Of a stretch of DNA of 64,000 nt, positions 62,349 through 64,000 are shown one piece after another. The stretch lies in the NCBI GenBank assembly GCA_965113315.1, contig OZ220368.1; one strand, 5' to 3'. How positions within the stretch are numbered: the first letter of the stretch is position 1; each line of letters begins with the position of its first letter. Origin of the DNA: Podarcis vaucheri. Its lineage: Eukaryota. The translations under genes were made by a program, and so were the position numbers. Under the pieces are notes generated by a model that was not told the origin of the DNA, ran no database searches, and worked only from the letters and a program-made list of their open reading frames with translations.

Positions 62349-63700
62349 CTTCAAAGATATAAGACAGACATAGAGAAAGCCAGATGGATGATGGATGAAT
62401 AGAGTTTTAGTCCCCAAAATGGGACACTTGTGGGGTGGGGGGTCACTTTAAAATCTGGAGATGCTAAGCCCTGCTTCAAGCCACGTGAAAGCTGACTGTT
62501 ACAGGTAGAAAAAGAAATGTTTTGTACACCCCAACAAGCATGCACAGTCATACACATTCACAATCCAAAGGATTTATTAGCTTAATCCTATGCATGCACT
62601 GCAAAGGTGGGATATTTTCCCTCCTGGAGAAAATTCAAAAGGAGCTTGAATTTCAGTTTTTCCAAAGAGGAAACAATTCTGTTTCCCTTCTCAGAATATT
62701 CGTCTGCCGATCTTTGCCAGAGAGCATTTCAGAGCCCTATCTGCTATTTGGAAGTGGAGACCTCTTTCCTGGGTGCAGATAAGCAAGCTGCGAAGGCTTC
62801 TGTTTCAAGTGGTGGTGGGACTAGTATCCTCTCTGCCAGCAGATACTTTCATATGTAAGCATCCAAAGGGGACACTTATCATAGCATAAATCCACTGGCA
62901 GCAGGTACATTCAAGCAACAGTAGACCTGATCTCCTGTAGTTGTTGAGAAACTGATGGGTAAGAAACACTCTTCTTTGAAGAGGTTTCATCACAACTACA
63001 GCTGGAATTGGATCACTGCTCAGCAAACTCCACTCAATATTTGCTGGCAATGCCACCAGCTTGTTCTAGTGCATATGCTGGGAAACTAATTCACAGGATC
63101 CATCTGCAAGTTTTGTAGCAATATGGTGAAAAGTCATAGGCACTCCTAGCCAGTCAGCATCCCTGTAAGTACACAATGCTAACCTGATGCCCTGTGTCTC
63201 ATATTGCCCACAAGTAAAGAGTTGGGGGGGTTCTTCCCCTATATATCACTGCCCTTATGAAGAAGTCTCATTTCACAAGCTGCACCGCTTTCACAAGGTG
63301 CTACTGAACAGGGCAATGGATGCACTGTTTGTGAATATGTTAAAGTTGCATGCACTTAACGCTTCTGGAAAATAAAAACTGGTTTGTTTTTGGTGGGTCT
63401 TTCTTGCGTTTTAGGCATGGAAGAATAGGCAGGGTTGAGAATGGGATGATAAGAAGGCAAACTGGGGAAGGCGAGAATGCTATCACTGATATGTAACAAT
63501 GTATAAAAGATAGACATATTATTGAAGAGCTTGTTATTTTTGAACACAGACTCACCTATTTGTTTCTGCTGTGCTGTTCAAGGTTGCCATCTGATTTAAA
63601 GGGCAACCTTGAAAAAGGTATTGGGCAGCTATGAAGCAAGCAAGCCAGCCAGCCAGCAAGCATGCATGCATAATGGGCAGCAACAGAAGCAGCTACTCAC

Positions 63701-63879
63701 TTCTGGTTTTTCTTCCAGAAGTAGCAAGTCATTGCAGTCAGCAGGATAGCAGCACAAGTCCCCGCCGAGATGCCCACTTTGAGCCAGAAGTCCATGGATT
63801 TGCAAATGCTGACTTTTTGATCTGGGAGCAAAATGCCTCCTGAACACAGCTTGGGCTCCCTCCATACATACGTGGTTCT
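63701..63879 (-). CDS. ELAPOR1: ELAPOR1 (KIAA1324/EIG121) transmembrane-domain exon
   Basis: ccacag|[15 protein letters not shown]...[32 protein letters not shown]|gtgagt matches the recalled ELAPOR1 TM region. Confidence 0.92.
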
Positions 63880-64000
63880 CTGTGGAAGGAAAAGCAGGCA
63901 TTGCCTTCTTTTAATCACATGCAGTCGCAGCTCATGTTGCATTTTTGTACTCTTTTTGATGCTGATGGTCTTACTGTACATTTCTGTTTTACCCTGTAGC

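Overview
This is vertebrate genomic DNA, most likely from a squamate reptile. A lacertid lizard is the best guess, based on a full-length Sauria SINE, tRNA/CR1-tail SINEs, Bov-B and the MITE families present. Three genes lie in tandem on the minus strand in the same order as in human: the last three coding exons of ELAPOR1/KIAA1324 (63879-59939); the complete 11-exon cytosolic seryl-tRNA synthetase SARS1 (52970-40154; 1545 nt, 514 aa, all introns GT-AG); and the giant cadherin-repeat first exon of CELSR2 (26778-23301), followed by more than 23 kb of intron 1. Almost all other entries in the ORF track are non-coding noise or antisense shadows. I found no new protein-coding system. The best leads are non-coding: a decayed Penelope-type hammerhead ribozyme just past the SARS1 poly(A) signal; three independent L2-like insertions into one MITE family; a hAT-like element that captured a LINE end; CR1-tailed SINEs with two different tRNA heads; an ATF4/CARE site in SARS1 intron 1; a uORF and a CGG repeat in the CELSR2 leader; and CTCF- and RFX-type motifs. 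Repeat family names come from recalled consensus sequences, not from database searches.
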